The notes under the pieces were generated by a model. That model saw nothing but the letters and a program-made list of their open reading frames with translations. It was not told where the DNA came from and ran no database searches. This document shows, in pieces, positions 1 through 9,947 of a stretch of 60,851 nt of DNA. The first letter of the stretch is position 1. Each line of letters begins with the position of its first letter. The stretch is from a virus (lineage: Duplodnaviria; Heunggongvirae; Uroviricota; Caudoviricetes; Ackermannviridae), in IMG/VR virus record IMGVR_UViG_2974515140_000001, positions 95,280-156,130 of that record. One strand, written 5' to 3'. The translations under genes were made by a program, and so were the position numbers.

Positions 1-301
1 GGTTGCCGTTGTTGGTCATGGGAGTAGTGTCAATCCCTGTACCAGGTAAAGATGCGACCATACACATCATTTGCAGGGAACGAGATGTTTGGTTTGTCCC
101 TCCAAAGAATGCGTTTACAATACGGGCGCTTTGTTTGAATAAATCGCCGAATGAAGATGAAGGATATGCGTTCCCATCATTTGCTAGTGTCGCATTGGAA
201 TCAAATATTCCAGGCGGCAACGGAATTGTAACACGAAATCTGTTCTTGCGGGAAATACCCCGTTGAAGCAGTTGCGTTAGAAAATTGCGATAGTCTTCCA
301 C
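1..301 (-). CDS. gp54: Baseplate tail-tube initiator (T4 gp54-like), 5' part only
   Basis: Hand translation from GTG at 301 gives MEDYRNFLTQLLQRGISRKNRFRVTIPLPPG..., open to the window edge. GGAG RBS and TATAAATA late box lie upstream. Divergent from gp2. Confidence 0.75.
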   Translation of the reverse strand, partial: MEDYRNFLTQLLQRGISRKNRFRVTIPLPPGIFDSNATLANDGNAYPSSSFGDLFKQSARIVNAFFGGTNQTSRSLQMMCMVASLPGTGIDTTPMTNNGN

Positions 302-335
302 GATGAGGACTCCATTTAAATAATATATCTGTTGA

Positions 336-343
336 TATTTATA
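336..343 (-). promoter_or_regulatory. T4-type late promoter TATAAATA for gp54; near-consensus TTTAAATA on + strand at 315-322 for gp2
   Basis: Exact T4 gp55 consensus in the short divergent intergenic region. Confidence 0.7.
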
Positions 344-355
344 AGGAGTTGACAA

Positions 356-1060
356 ATGGCTAAGAACGCTATGGGTGAAGAAGACCCGTTGTTGCTTCCC
401 GCCGAGATGGACGCCCCAGAACTGGTCAAGCGTTACATCCGCAAATATCGTCAACATTTTGGGCCGGAAGCGAAACGTAATATCCGTCGTTCTCATGTGT
501 GGTTTATGGAGCGCGTATCGAAAGATGCTAACTTATCTCCGAATCACATGATGAAAGCATTCGCTGAAAATAAACGTCCTGTTCAGGGTGTGCGTTATAT
601 TGTTGGCCGCATGTATTATTTCAAATATGATGCGCTGACTAAAGATGAACTCCCGTATTGGGATATGTATCCTCTGGTGTTCTTCTTCAATTTTGTGAAG
701 GGGGATGGGGTGAAATTCGGTGAACGTGGTGTAACCTATCTTTATGGCCTAAACCTCCATTATTTACCGCCTAAACTCAGATTGTTGGTATTTGAAGATC
801 TCATTAAATTGAGAAATGAACGGGCATATCGTTCTAAAACACGTTTGAGACTTACCTGGGATGCGCTAAAGCGGTTTGCGAATCACCCTTTGTACAATCA
901 TTGTGTCAAATTATACCGCGCAGATCAATTTCGTTCACAACTTTATGAAATTGAACCGCAATATTGGGAGGTCGTTTTGTTTATGCGTACTGCTCGATTC
1001 CAGAAACAGAGTCAGATGTCTGTTTGGAAAGACGCTCGTCGTAAACACAAAAATGGTTAG
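356..1060 (+). CDS. gp2: DNA end protector protein (T4 gp2-like)
   Basis: GRMYYFKYDA..K..LPYWD.YPLV and GLNLHYLPP motifs; AGGAG RBS. Confidence 0.9.
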   Translation: MAKNAMGEEDPLLLPAEMDAPELVKRYIRKYRQHFGPEAKRNIRRSHVWFMERVSKDANLSPNHMMKAFAENKRPVQGVRYIVGRMYYFKYDALTKDELPYWDMYPLVFFFNFVKGDGVKFGERGVTYLYGLNLHYLPPKLRLLVFEDLIKLRNERAYRSKTRLRLTWDALKRFANHPLYNHCVKLYRADQFRSQLYEIEPQYWEVVLFMRTARFQKQSQMSVWKDARRKHKNG

Positions 1061-1065
1061 TTCTA

Positions 1066-1100
1066 AAAGCCGTTCTATGGGATAATTCGCGAACGGCTTT
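1066..1100 (+). terminator. Hairpin / probable intrinsic terminator
   Basis: 10-bp inverted repeat AAAGCCGTTC / GAACGGCTTT directly after the gp2 stop. Confidence 0.55.
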
Positions 1101-1121
1101 CTATAAAAATGAGGTTATGAT

Positions 1122-1868
1122 ATGTCACAGCTACACCGTATTTTTGGTATTGAATTCAGTTCTAATTGCGTTCGTTATGATCGCACTCATAAAGATTCGG
1201 GTGGTAAAACCGGATATGAACTCGGTAGCCAGTTGGGATATTCCAGAGAACAATTGTTCAATCAACACAGGCTGAATGAAACGGATCTTCTTAGGGTTAT
1301 GGGCATTGAACTTGATTCCGAAGCCAGCTTGGATCTGGGCGACGAAATTCGTTTTGGCAAACCAGAAGCATTGGAATTCATTGAAGATTTCGTTTCTGGT
1401 TATACCCAAGCCGCTACGAACCGCCGCGCTGCTAATGATGCAGTGGGTAAATTCTACTTTGCGGCGAAATATCTTGCCGACAAACGTATACAGATGGAAG
1501 CCGAATTCAGTAAAGAAAATCTGAAAGCAGTTTTCGGCGAAGAAGGCGATTTCCGTTTAATGCCAGAATCTGGCACTGAATCAGCTCGTGATTTCTTTGA
1601 AAACCCATTTGTGGTCAAAGGCTGTAAAATTCTTACCGACGAAGACCACGCTTTCGCAATCCATACTGAAGTCGTTTACAATGAAGAGAATTGCCTTGTT
1701 ATTTCCAGATTGTTCAACAGTCTGTCATACACAGCGTATTCTTTGATTGAACGTTGTATGGAAGAAGAGCATCGTCAGGTAGTGGTGAATAAAATTCGCT
1801 TACACGTTGAGCAGAATTTTAACGGGTTTGGTTGTGAATCCGGCGAAATCCCTAATTTCTATCTGTAG
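1122..1868 (+). CDS. Hypothetical protein
   Basis: 248-aa ORF with GAGG RBS; no recognised motif. Confidence 0.75.
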   Translation: MSQLHRIFGIEFSSNCVRYDRTHKDSGGKTGYELGSQLGYSREQLFNQHRLNETDLLRVMGIELDSEASLDLGDEIRFGKPEALEFIEDFVSGYTQAATNRRAANDAVGKFYFAAKYLADKRIQMEAEFSKENLKAVFGEEGDFRLMPESGTESARDFFENPFVVKGCKILTDEDHAFAIHTEVVYNEENCLVISRLFNSLSYTAYSLIERCMEEEHRQVVVNKIRLHVEQNFNGFGCESGEIPNFYL

Positions 1869-1885
1869 CACAAGCAGGGGGCTGT

Positions 1886-2173
1886 ATGAAGAAATATGTT
1901 CGCCTGAACACAGTACTGGAATCTGTAATCGAATATTTCATAATGCAGCACCTGAGAGCAGAAAATGATAATGTGAGCGATGCTTTGACTTATGACCACC
2001 GGATAGTGGTTCATTCCGTCGAAATAGTGGACGACGAATTGTTGATTGCCAACATAGAACATGCTCTCTGGGACGAAGTTTTGGACCAGTATGTTCAACC
2101 CAAATTCACCCAAATCGAGTTGTCTGCCATGTGGCCACCTGAAACAGTTTTCAATATTGATATACAAAGTTAA
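1886..2173 (+). CDS. Hypothetical protein
   Basis: 95-aa acidic ORF, co-directional, preceded by a G-rich RBS. Confidence 0.7.
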   Translation: MKKYVRLNTVLESVIEYFIMQHLRAENDNVSDALTYDHRIVVHSVEIVDDELLIANIEHALWDEVLDQYVQPKFTQIELSAMWPPETVFNIDIQS

Positions 2174-2236
2174 TATTCACTCCAGTCCGCGCTGATACAG
2201 CGTTCCGTTGTCTAACACAGAAGTGTTAACCAACTT

Positions 2237-2279
2237 TTCAATAAAAAGTGGTTTACATCTTCTAAAAAGGCAGTATATT
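2237..2279 (+). promoter_or_regulatory. Sigma70-like early promoter with upstream TTCAATAAAA element
   Basis: TTTACA (2252-2257)-N16-TATATT (2274-2279) in a 170-bp intergenic gap. Confidence 0.65.
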
Positions 2280-2346
2280 AATGTTCCAGACGCACAGTTG
2301 AACATTAGACTGCCAAAGAAGGTTACTACACAAAAGGGTTTTTATT

Positions 2347-3306
2347 ATGTCCTATATTCTTCATATCGAGTCCGGCCTGAAATTTGAAATTGATGGTAAA
2401 ACCGCTGCTGATCTTCAAGCAGAAATCAAAGGTGCAGACCTTATCATCGGCAACGTCACATTACGCCGTATGATGGAAGGCGTCCTCCAGTCAGCCAACG
2501 GCTTTGAACTCATTGAAGGTCTGAGCCAGGAAGAGAAAGAAGAAACTCTCGAAGCTCTTGACCGCGCTGAAGCCGAAAAAGTTAAACCGACCGAAGATGT
2601 GGGGGTTAAACAGGGCGACGGTGAATCAAATCCGGTGATTGACGCCGAAGAAACGGTTGGGCAACCTGTCGGTGATCAAAATTCCCAGACCGTCGAAGAC
2701 GGTTCTCTTGAAGTCAACAAAGACGGTTCCATTTCCCTGGTAGTTGAAGGCGAAGAAGTTCTTGACGAAGAAGCGCAAGCCCGTGCTGAAGAAGTTCGCC
2801 GTCGTATGCTGGGCACAACCGTTGCTGAAGCAATCGCCGACGTTGAAAATCCGAAGGATGATCAGGCTTTAGCGAACGCGAAGGCGGTTCTGGCCAAGAA
2901 ATCTTCTGAAATGCGTCCTGCGTCTTCTACTGAAGAACGCAAGCGTCGTCATAACAAACGTGAAGAAATGGTTGAAGCGGCTCGCGCATCCAATTATGGT
3001 CCTATCCTGGCTGCGGTTGAATCAGGGATTGTGCCTGGGGTTTATTTGAGCTATGTGAATCCGGATATGCGCTGGTTCCAGTTCCCTGTTACCGAACTGG
3101 CAGATGAAGCCAATCCACACGCCCGCACCAATACTTATGTTGATCTGGCGCCAATCGTTTCCGGCGGCTGGGGGTTCAGTCTGTATGTGAATGGTAAGTC
3201 ATTCACCAAGCGTCAGAAAATCAAAGAAACTGACGCTGAATCTCTGGTAAAGGCTATCAACGAATGGCTACCTCAGGCGTTGGCCGAAGCGAAAGCTGCT
3301 GCGTAA
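2347..3306 (+). CDS. Hypothetical acidic early protein
   Basis: 319-aa ORF with a Glu-rich centre, behind an early-type promoter. Confidence 0.8.
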   Translation: MSYILHIESGLKFEIDGKTAADLQAEIKGADLIIGNVTLRRMMEGVLQSANGFELIEGLSQEEKEETLEALDRAEAEKVKPTEDVGVKQGDGESNPVIDAEETVGQPVGDQNSQTVEDGSLEVNKDGSISLVVEGEEVLDEEAQARAEEVRRRMLGTTVAEAIADVENPKDDQALANAKAVLAKKSSEMRPASSTEERKRRHNKREEMVEAARASNYGPILAAVESGIVPGVYLSYVNPDMRWFQFPVTELADEANPHARTNTYVDLAPIVSGGWGFSLYVNGKSFTKRQKIKETDAESLVKAINEWLPQALAEAKAAA

Positions 3307-3321
3307 TTTAACTCAGAAGCG

Positions 3322-3362
3322 TTCAATAGATAAAGGGGCTGCTATAATAGCAGCTCCTTTTG
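3322..3362 (+). promoter_or_regulatory. TTCAAT-N15-TATAAT promoter overlapping a terminator hairpin
   Basis: TTCAAT 3322-3327 and TATAAT 3343-3348; GGGGCTGCTA-TAA-TAGCAGCTCC followed by TTTT. Confidence 0.7.
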
Positions 3363-3378
3363 TTTATTGGAGCATGTC

Positions 3379-4041
3379 ATGTCTTATTCGCTCAAAGGGC
3401 TGTTGAAGCGCCCTGTGCATTTGTTTGTCAAACCACCTGCTGTAGAAGGGGAATATTCGGCACGAGGAGAGTTGTATTACATTAAAGGCTCCAATGGTAG
3501 TGGTAAGTCTACTGTGCCTTCTTATTTGGCGGAGAATGATCCTCAGGCGTATGTCGTAACCCATAACAGTAAGATCATGCTCACGGTTTGTCCATCTTAC
3601 AATATTGTCTGTGTCGGTAAATATGACAAGTCTAAGTCCAAAGGGGTTGATTCTCTGAAGGATACTGAGCAGATGTTGTTCGCGTTGTCTATTGCTGACC
3701 AACCAGAATACCTGAAATATGATGTGATTTTCGAAGGCATCATTCCGTCTACATTATTGAGTTCTTGGATTCCCCGCCTGACACGCCCACCACGTGAATT
3801 GGTCGTCCTCTTTATGGATACCCCTCTTGAAACCTGTATTGCCCGTGTTAAATCGCGTAACGGTGGCGCAGACTTCAATGAAAGTCTGGTGGTCGAGAAG
3901 TGGGAGAGAGTTCATGATCACCGTCAACGGCATAAAGGCTTGTTCCCTACCGTTCCCGCAGGTATGATGAAGTCCGATGGCCTGACTGTAGAGCAGGCTG
4001 TTTTTGCGTTTCTCAATCGTGATTTTGGGAGTATTGATTGA
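3379..4041 (+). CDS. P-loop kinase, probable 5-hydroxymethyluracil DNA kinase (ViI gp67-like)
   Basis: Walker A KGSNGSGKST; IFEG Walker B-like; immediately upstream of the dUMP hydroxymethylase. Start moved to ATG 3379 after GGAG. Confidence 0.75.
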   Translation: MSYSLKGLLKRPVHLFVKPPAVEGEYSARGELYYIKGSNGSGKSTVPSYLAENDPQAYVVTHNSKIMLTVCPSYNIVCVGKYDKSKSKGVDSLKDTEQMLFALSIADQPEYLKYDVIFEGIIPSTLLSSWIPRLTRPPRELVVLFMDTPLETCIARVKSRNGGADFNESLVVEKWERVHDHRQRHKGLFPTVPAGMMKSDGLTVEQAVFAFLNRDFGSID

Positions 4042-5081
4042 TGGAAATTTTTGCTCTAAATAATAATGACATGCTCAAGAAAGCTGTGTTGGCTATCCGT
4101 GAACACGGGATTGAGTCAGATCCTGGTAACGCAGAGATTAACACTGACGGCACTCGTTTTATTGATGGCGTGACGATTACGGTGGCTGACCCTCGAGATC
4201 GTTGGTTATCTGTTGAAGGTCGTAATTCATCTGCGCTTGCTGCGATTGGTGAAACATTCTGGGTTCTGTCAAGCCGCAATGACATCCGTTTCCTTTCCCG
4301 AGTCCTCCCTCGTGCGGTCAACTTCTCGGATGATGGCGTAACGTGGCGTGGTGCTTACGGACCACGTCTGTACAACTATGGCCAGCTGGATAGTGTTATC
4401 AACCGTTTGCGCAATAACCCCAACACCCGTCAGGCGTATCTCACCATCTATGATCCAGCTCTGGACTCAGATGAAAGTTTGGCCGCGCATAGTGAAACAG
4501 GAGAAGCCAAGACTAAAGACATGATCTGTAATCTGGCTTTATTGTTCAGTATAACAGAAGGGCGGTTGAACATCACGGTCATCAATCGAAGTCAGGATGT
4601 CCTCTGGGGTATGAGTTCAATCAACTTCATTGAATTCTCCATTTTGCAGGAAGTATTGGCGAAGGTGCTGAACGTGGAAGTCGGGAATTATAAACTGTTC
4701 TCGAATAACCTTCACTATTACAACAATGAAGTCAGTCGGAAGCAACTCGGGGACATAACCAACAAGACCCGAACTTCTACTGGTATGTACAATTCTTTGT
4801 TGGAATTCTCTTCGGAAAAGGTGAAATGTCAAGAAAACATCCAAAATCTGTTCCTCGGTGTACTTCATCACTGTGACATTGGCAGTGAATTTGGTAAAAT
4901 CAGAGAGCATTTGAAGGAATATAACGCAGATACAGGTTTGATGATGGATATGTCATATTGTCTGTGGTGTCGCCTTAATGATACTAAAATTGATAAACGT
5001 CGGATTGCTGATGATGGTCTTCGTAATGCGTTGTTACAATCACCCGTTGACCGTAAACACATGTGGGGGTATGGGGAATGA
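4038..5081 (+). CDS. Thymidylate synthase-fold dUMP hydroxymethylase
   Basis: GAYGPRL, NPNTRQA, catalytic ICN, NRSQD and NLHYY motifs; context of hmU pathway genes. Confidence 0.85.
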   Translation: MMEIFALNNNDMLKKAVLAIREHGIESDPGNAEINTDGTRFIDGVTITVADPRDRWLSVEGRNSSALAAIGETFWVLSSRNDIRFLSRVLPRAVNFSDDGVTWRGAYGPRLYNYGQLDSVINRLRNNPNTRQAYLTIYDPALDSDESLAAHSETGEAKTKDMICNLALLFSITEGRLNITVINRSQDVLWGMSSINFIEFSILQEVLAKVLNVEVGNYKLFSNNLHYYNNEVSRKQLGDITNKTRTSTGMYNSLLEFSSEKVKCQENIQNLFLGVLHHCDIGSEFGKIREHLKEYNADTGLMMDMSYCLWCRLNDTKIDKRRIADDGLRNALLQSPVDRKHMWGYGE

Positions 5082-5647
5082 AATACCCTAATCTGGAATT
5101 CTTTACGGGGCGCAAGCGCTCCGGCAAGGACTTCTGTTTGGAGTCCCTCATCAGCTTTCACCATTTACAGGGTGATATGGACATCCAGCGCTTATCTTTC
5201 TCGGACGAGTTGCGTCGGGTGGCTCATTACATCTATCCTTGGTTGCCAGAGGAAGTAGAGGACGATATCAAGGACTTGCCATATGTTCACCCAGATAACC
5301 CCAAGGGATTAACCCCAAGGCAGATCTGGCTTCATCTCGGCAGCGATACGGGGCTTCGTTATGTCCAACCGGATCTGTTTTTGTCTTTCTTTAAGCGTTA
5401 CCAACTCCCATTAGTTGAACAGAATCCGAACATTCATTATATTGTGAGTGATCTACGGACGCCTCAAGAATATGAATGGGCGCTGAGCACTAAATGTCCC
5501 ATCACCCGCATTTCAAAGGTAAATCGCGGCGGTATCATAGAGGACGACATAGAGGCTTTCATTGATGAGATGAAAGTTGATTATGAATTTGTTAACCCAT
5601 TTGAAGGTTGGCAACCATTCGTCAAATTTTATAGGGATCGGAAATGA
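5078..5647 (+). CDS. Deoxynucleoside monophosphate kinase (T4 gp1-like)
   Basis: GRKRSGKD P-loop, SFSDELR, TPRQIW and VSDLRTPQE motifs; ATGA overlap with the previous gene. Confidence 0.85.
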   Translation: MKYPNLEFFTGRKRSGKDFCLESLISFHHLQGDMDIQRLSFSDELRRVAHYIYPWLPEEVEDDIKDLPYVHPDNPKGLTPRQIWLHLGSDTGLRYVQPDLFLSFFKRYQLPLVEQNPNIHYIVSDLRTPQEYEWALSTKCPITRISKVNRGGIIEDDIEAFIDEMKVDYEFVNPFEGWQPFVKFYRDRK

Positions 5648-6195
5648 TCACAGCAGAGCATATCAAAAGTCTGCTCGAACTTCAAAAGGCCACCAACGTG
5701 GCCTATTTTGGGGAAGAGTGGCGTAAACATTGGACTCATGTGGCGGTGGTGAACTCCATCTATCGTGAGTGGGCAGAGTTTCTTGACGAAACAACCCAGG
5801 ACTGGAAAATCTATGGCGGTGGGATACAATATGACCGAGAAGCAGCTGTCTACGAATTGGTGGACGTGGTACATTTTATGTTGTCTTCCATTTTATCTGG
5901 ATTTGGTTCTGCTTTCCCAGTTGAAATGCAGATTGACCTTTTCTTCAAGGACGGACGAGTGATAGACAAATCGGCCAATCTGGAATCGGTCACAGAATGT
6001 TTTACGTCATTTATGGTTCAACCAGATGTTATCCGTTTTGTGCGGTTTTTATCAAAGGCTTGTGGTTATTTGGATCTGGACACCGAAACCTATATGCTGG
6101 CCCACAAGCGCAAGAACGATCGCAATCGTCTGCGTGCTGCTGGCGGCGCGGATTACGATAAGTCTGCCGAAACCCCTCTGACTCTGGAGTTCTAA
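5644..6195 (+). CDS. Dimeric all-alpha dUTPase
   Basis: EWAEFLDE, WK and ELVDVVHFMLS motifs, and Y..KRKND.NR. Confidence 0.8.
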   Translation: MITAEHIKSLLELQKATNVAYFGEEWRKHWTHVAVVNSIYREWAEFLDETTQDWKIYGGGIQYDREAAVYELVDVVHFMLSSILSGFGSAFPVEMQIDLFFKDGRVIDKSANLESVTECFTSFMVQPDVIRFVRFLSKACGYLDLDTETYMLAHKRKNDRNRLRAAGGADYDKSAETPLTLEF

Positions 6196-6725
6196 TGTTT
6201 ACAGTCGTCGTATCATATTATGCGGAACATGCCCCGCACATGGCAGAGAACTTCGCTGAGTTTATTAAACCAGGCGGTCATGTCGTTATTGCGACCAATT
6301 TCAAGAAAGAGCCAGATGGTGCGGCTACTGTAACACAACATATTACAACCAAAGAGCCGGAAACACTTTTTAAACGCATTGAAGATTTTGCTTTTGGCGG
6401 GGAAGAAATTCCAGAGTCATTACAGCATATCTATTTTGAAGATGCGATATATTATGTTCATGCTATTCCAAAGGATGTTACAACTGAACAAATGATGTAT
6501 ATCCTGAATATCGCATTGAATGTTTCTTGTGTCAACAGGGCACAGCACAATCGTCTGCGTAATATGTATTTAACAGAACGCGGGGGTTCCGAAATTAACG
6601 ATGAAAAACTCCCGTCAATAATGGCGATTCACGAAGCAATCAATATATTGTCCAAGAAAGTCTTGGGCACCGATTTATTAATTACGATCAACAAGCAAGA
6701 GGAAACGAAATGGCCGATTCATTGA
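6195..6725 (+). CDS. Hypothetical protein
   Basis: 176-aa ORF translationally coupled (TAATG). Confidence 0.7.
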   Translation: MFTVVVSYYAEHAPHMAENFAEFIKPGGHVVIATNFKKEPDGAATVTQHITTKEPETLFKRIEDFAFGGEEIPESLQHIYFEDAIYYVHAIPKDVTTEQMMYILNIALNVSCVNRAQHNRLRNMYLTERGGSEINDEKLPSIMAIHEAINILSKKVLGTDLLITINKQEETKWPIH

Positions 6726-7801
6726 TGGCTCGCATGCTCAAGACTGCAAAGAAACATTCCCCTGAAGCGGAAGTTCTGAGCAAGACAACGCTGCTGGATA
6801 AACAGGTGATTGCATCCACGGGTATCCCTCTGCTAAACATTGCTTGGACAGGCCGCCCTGATGGTGGCATTCACTCGGGTTCTAAGCAGCTGGTTGGGGA
6901 TTCTCGTACATTTAAGACCATGTTCGGTCTGGTGGACGTGAAGGCATACCTGGACAAATTCCCTGACGCAATTTGCGTGTTTGGTGATTCTGAGTTCGGC
7001 GCCAACCAGAAATACTGGGATGCCATGGGCATTGATATGAGCCGTGTTGTTCACGTGCCGATTGTGTCAGTGGAGAACATGCAGATCGTATTCATGCAGA
7101 TGCTGAATGACACCCAGCGCGGCGAACACATCATCTTCTTCATCGACTCCATCAGCCAGTTGCCTTCAACCAAAGAAGTCAACGACGCCATCAAAGGTGA
7201 AGACAAGCAGGATATGACTCGTGCCCGTGCTCTCAACAGCTTCTGGCGCACCGTGACTATCCAGCTGAACATGAAGAATCTGTTGATGGTGTGGATCAAC
7301 TCCTATTATGATGAGATCGGCAACGAATACGCCGAGCCTAATCTGAAGGGCGGCAAACAGGGCTTCCTGTCTTGTGATCTGATATGGTTCATTACTCGTT
7401 CCCAGGTCAAACACGACGCGACCAAAGAACTGCTGGGATGGAACTTCAACATTGGTATCATGAAAGGCCGTTTCGTGAAAGAAAAGGCGAAGCTCCCTGT
7501 AACGGTGCTGTATGAAGGTGGTATTGATCCTTGGTCAGGGCTGCTTGAGATTGCTCGTGCCCTGGGCTATGTCGATATGCCTTCTTCCGGCTGGTATGTG
7601 CGCACAGCCAAGGGTGGTTTCGACCCTGAGAAGGAAAAGAAATATCAGAAGCGTCAGATGAATGGTGATTTCTGGTATCCTCTGTTGGAGAACCCTAAGT
7701 TCTGCGACGATATTCATGATATGTACGGCGTTTCTACTGGCGCTGTGATGCCTGCCAACATGCTGGACAAATTCGACGATGTTATCGAATCAACCAAATA
7801 A
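6710..7801 (+). CDS. uvsX: RecA-like recombinase UvsX
   Basis: GDSRTFKT Walker A variant, DSEFG, FIDSI, DMTRARAL, LYEGGIDPWSGL. Confidence 0.93.
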   Translation: MADSLMARMLKTAKKHSPEAEVLSKTTLLDKQVIASTGIPLLNIAWTGRPDGGIHSGSKQLVGDSRTFKTMFGLVDVKAYLDKFPDAICVFGDSEFGANQKYWDAMGIDMSRVVHVPIVSVENMQIVFMQMLNDTQRGEHIIFFIDSISQLPSTKEVNDAIKGEDKQDMTRARALNSFWRTVTIQLNMKNLLMVWINSYYDEIGNEYAEPNLKGGKQGFLSCDLIWFITRSQVKHDATKELLGWNFNIGIMKGRFVKEKAKLPVTVLYEGGIDPWSGLLEIARALGYVDMPSSGWYVRTAKGGFDPEKEKKYQKRQMNGDFWYPLLENPKFCDDIHDMYGVSTGAVMPANMLDKFDDVIESTK

Positions 7802-8108
7802 CGGTGGCGGGGGAGGTAACTCCCCCGTTAATTACAAAATCATCGACCCTGGTTCTGATCAGTTAGCAATAATCGAAATAACGGAAGGCAAATTCCGTGG
7901 CGTTCAATTTCGTATAGGGAAAGTGGGTGTCCATTTAGATAATGGAGAGCCTCGGTTATCCTTTACAACAGATATATTGAAGAAACCATGGCGTTTGTTA
8001 TTTGTTAATTTGAAAGAAAATGACTTGTTCACTGTGGTGTCTGGGGATATCTTAGTTGATCTGATACAGCAAAATGCTCAGGATTACAACAAAATTTTGG
8101 TGGGGTAG
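7779..8108 (+). CDS. Hypothetical protein at the T4 gene 40 position
   Basis: 109-aa ORF between uvsX and gp41; the gp40 link is synteny only. Confidence 0.6.
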   Translation: MLSNQPNNGGGGGNSPVNYKIIDPGSDQLAIIEITEGKFRGVQFRIGKVGVHLDNGEPRLSFTTDILKKPWRLLFVNLKENDLFTVVSGDILVDLIQQNAQDYNKILVG

Positions 8109-8114
8109 TTGCCA

Positions 8115-9539
8115 ATGTTACTCGAATCTGTCGTGCTTTCCCAATTAATCTATAACGAAGAATATCAAAGAAAGATCCAGCCGTATTTGAAAGCCGATTA
8201 TTTCGATAACGAAGGCGAGAAAATTATATTCGGTCTCATTGACCATTACACTTGCGAATATAATGCTCGTCCTTCGGTTGAAGCGTTGTCTATTATGCTG
8301 GAAAAGACTTCGCTCAACGAACACGTATTTGAACAAGCTATTTCTGCTCTTGAGAATATCAATGACAACACATTCCATCAGGAATGGCTTGTAAAAGAAA
8401 CAGAAAGTTGGGCGCGGCAGAAAGCTGTTCATAATGCGATCAAACACGCCGTCAACATCTATGGTGATGAGAAACGTAAAGATGAGATGAACACGATTCC
8501 AACTCTCCTACAAGAGGCGTTGGCGATAAGTTTTGATTCTTATCTTGGCCATATCTATTGGGAAATGGCTGAACAACAATACGACCACATGAACTCTAAT
8601 GAAGCGAAGATTCCTTTCGCTGTAGAGATATTCAACAAAGCGACTCGTGGTGGTGTTGGTAAGAAAACGCTGAACATCGTGACGGGTGCAATTAATGCGG
8701 GTAAGACAACAACTCTGATTGATTTGGCTGCTGGTTACTCCGAGCAAGGGTTGAACGTATTCGTATTCACCCTAGAAGTGGCTGAGAACGTCTGGCGTCA
8801 CCGCCTTGATGCCCGTATGATGCGCAGGGACTTCGAGTCCTTAGAGAAGCTCTCACGACATGAATATGTCGCTACGATACAAAAGTTGCGAACTCGTCAA
8901 GACGGTTCCATGAAGGGTGATATTGTTATCAAGGAATATCCTTCAGGCGCTGGGCATACAGGACTGTATCGCCGCGATATTCTTGATTACGCGACATCCA
9001 CGGGAATTACGCCGGACGTCATTATTATAGACTACTTGGGTGAATCAGCGTCTTCTCGTCTTCCTGCTCATTTAATGCAGAACACCAACGTGTATTATAC
9101 TTCGGTGGCGCGTGAATTCCGTGCGCTTGGATTTGAATTTGATTGCCCTGTATGGACGGGTATGCAATTTAACCGTGAAAAACAATCGGCGACTGATGGT
9201 GATATTAGCGACCTGGCAGATGCTATCGGTATTCCGAAGGTTGCAGACTTCATCATGGCGTTCTATGCTCCTGATGAACTGGCGGCTGTTAAGAAAGCCA
9301 GAGCATCAATCTTGAAAAATCGTTATGCCAACAAGCAGAAACTCAAATCATTCTTGTTTGGTATGGACCAAGATAAACAGATCTTGTTCGACTTGGACTG
9401 GAATGAAGTCAAACGAGACCTGACTGATGAAGAAGCCCGTTATGTTGAGAATGTTCATATCAAACATGACTTAAACAAAACAGGCGACTCGAATGATGTC
9501 AAGAAAGCCGAGACCGTGAATAATTGGAATTTCGGTTAA
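8115..9539 (+). CDS. gp41: Replicative DNA helicase (T4 gp41-like)
   Basis: GAINAGKT Walker A, TLEVAE, IKEYPSG, IIIDYL, KNRY; ATG at 8115 chosen (ORF track starts at 8109). Confidence 0.93.
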   Translation: MLLESVVLSQLIYNEEYQRKIQPYLKADYFDNEGEKIIFGLIDHYTCEYNARPSVEALSIMLEKTSLNEHVFEQAISALENINDNTFHQEWLVKETESWARQKAVHNAIKHAVNIYGDEKRKDEMNTIPTLLQEALAISFDSYLGHIYWEMAEQQYDHMNSNEAKIPFAVEIFNKATRGGVGKKTLNIVTGAINAGKTTTLIDLAAGYSEQGLNVFVFTLEVAENVWRHRLDARMMRRDFESLEKLSRHEYVATIQKLRTRQDGSMKGDIVIKEYPSGAGHTGLYRRDILDYATSTGITPDVIIIDYLGESASSRLPAHLMQNTNVYYTSVAREFRALGFEFDCPVWTGMQFNREKQSATDGDISDLADAIGIPKVADFIMAFYAPDELAAVKKARASILKNRYANKQKLKSFLFGMDQDKQILFDLDWNEVKRDLTDEEARYVENVHIKHDLNKTGDSNDVKKAETVNNWNFG

Positions 9540-9540
9540 C

Positions 9541-9568
9541 TTCAATAATGGTGGTCATAGGGTATAAT
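9541..9568 (+). promoter_or_regulatory. TTCAAT-N16-TATAAT promoter
   Basis: Motif read directly after the helicase stop. Confidence 0.55.
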
Positions 9569-9602
9569 CTCTTTGATCTGAATATTAACCCAGGAGCACA
9601 TC

Positions 9603-9935
9603 ATGTCGGATGTTGCATTTATAGCTGACCTGATTCGGGCGGCACAACAGGTGTGCCAGTCTGGAGAAACCAGTCTCAAACTCACTACAGAGCAGACTCT
9701 AGAATTTTATAAGAATCGTCGGCATTGGGGTAAGAATGTCAAGATACATTGCGAACCAGGTGAATTGGTTCAGCTTGATCTTCCGTCTTTTCCATTGCCA
9801 GTACAGACCAACACTCAGGAATATTACAATGTTGAAGGCGTTGATATTATTCCTAAGTTTGGTTTTCACAGTATCGTTTATTTCTTCCTGCGCCGTTTGG
9901 GAACTAGTATCGGTCCACTCGGTTCTCGTCATTAA
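9603..9935 (+). CDS. Hypothetical protein
   Basis: 110-aa ORF with AGGAG RBS. Confidence 0.7.
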   Translation: MSDVAFIADLIRAAQQVCQSGETSLKLTTEQTLEFYKNRRHWGKNVKIHCEPGELVQLDLPSFPLPVQTNTQEYYNVEGVDIIPKFGFHSIVYFFLRRLGTSIGPLGSRH

Positions 9936-9947
9936 TGAGGATATATT

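Noticed and set aside
3-266. 87-aa plus-strand ORF
   Set aside because: Antisense shadow of the gp54-like gene, which is open on the minus strand from 301 and has an RBS and a late promoter
7807-7829. GGGGGAG-GTAA-CTCCCCC hairpin after uvsX as a terminator
   Set aside because: No U-tract, and it lies inside the next ORF (encoding GGGGNSP); at most a pause or processing site
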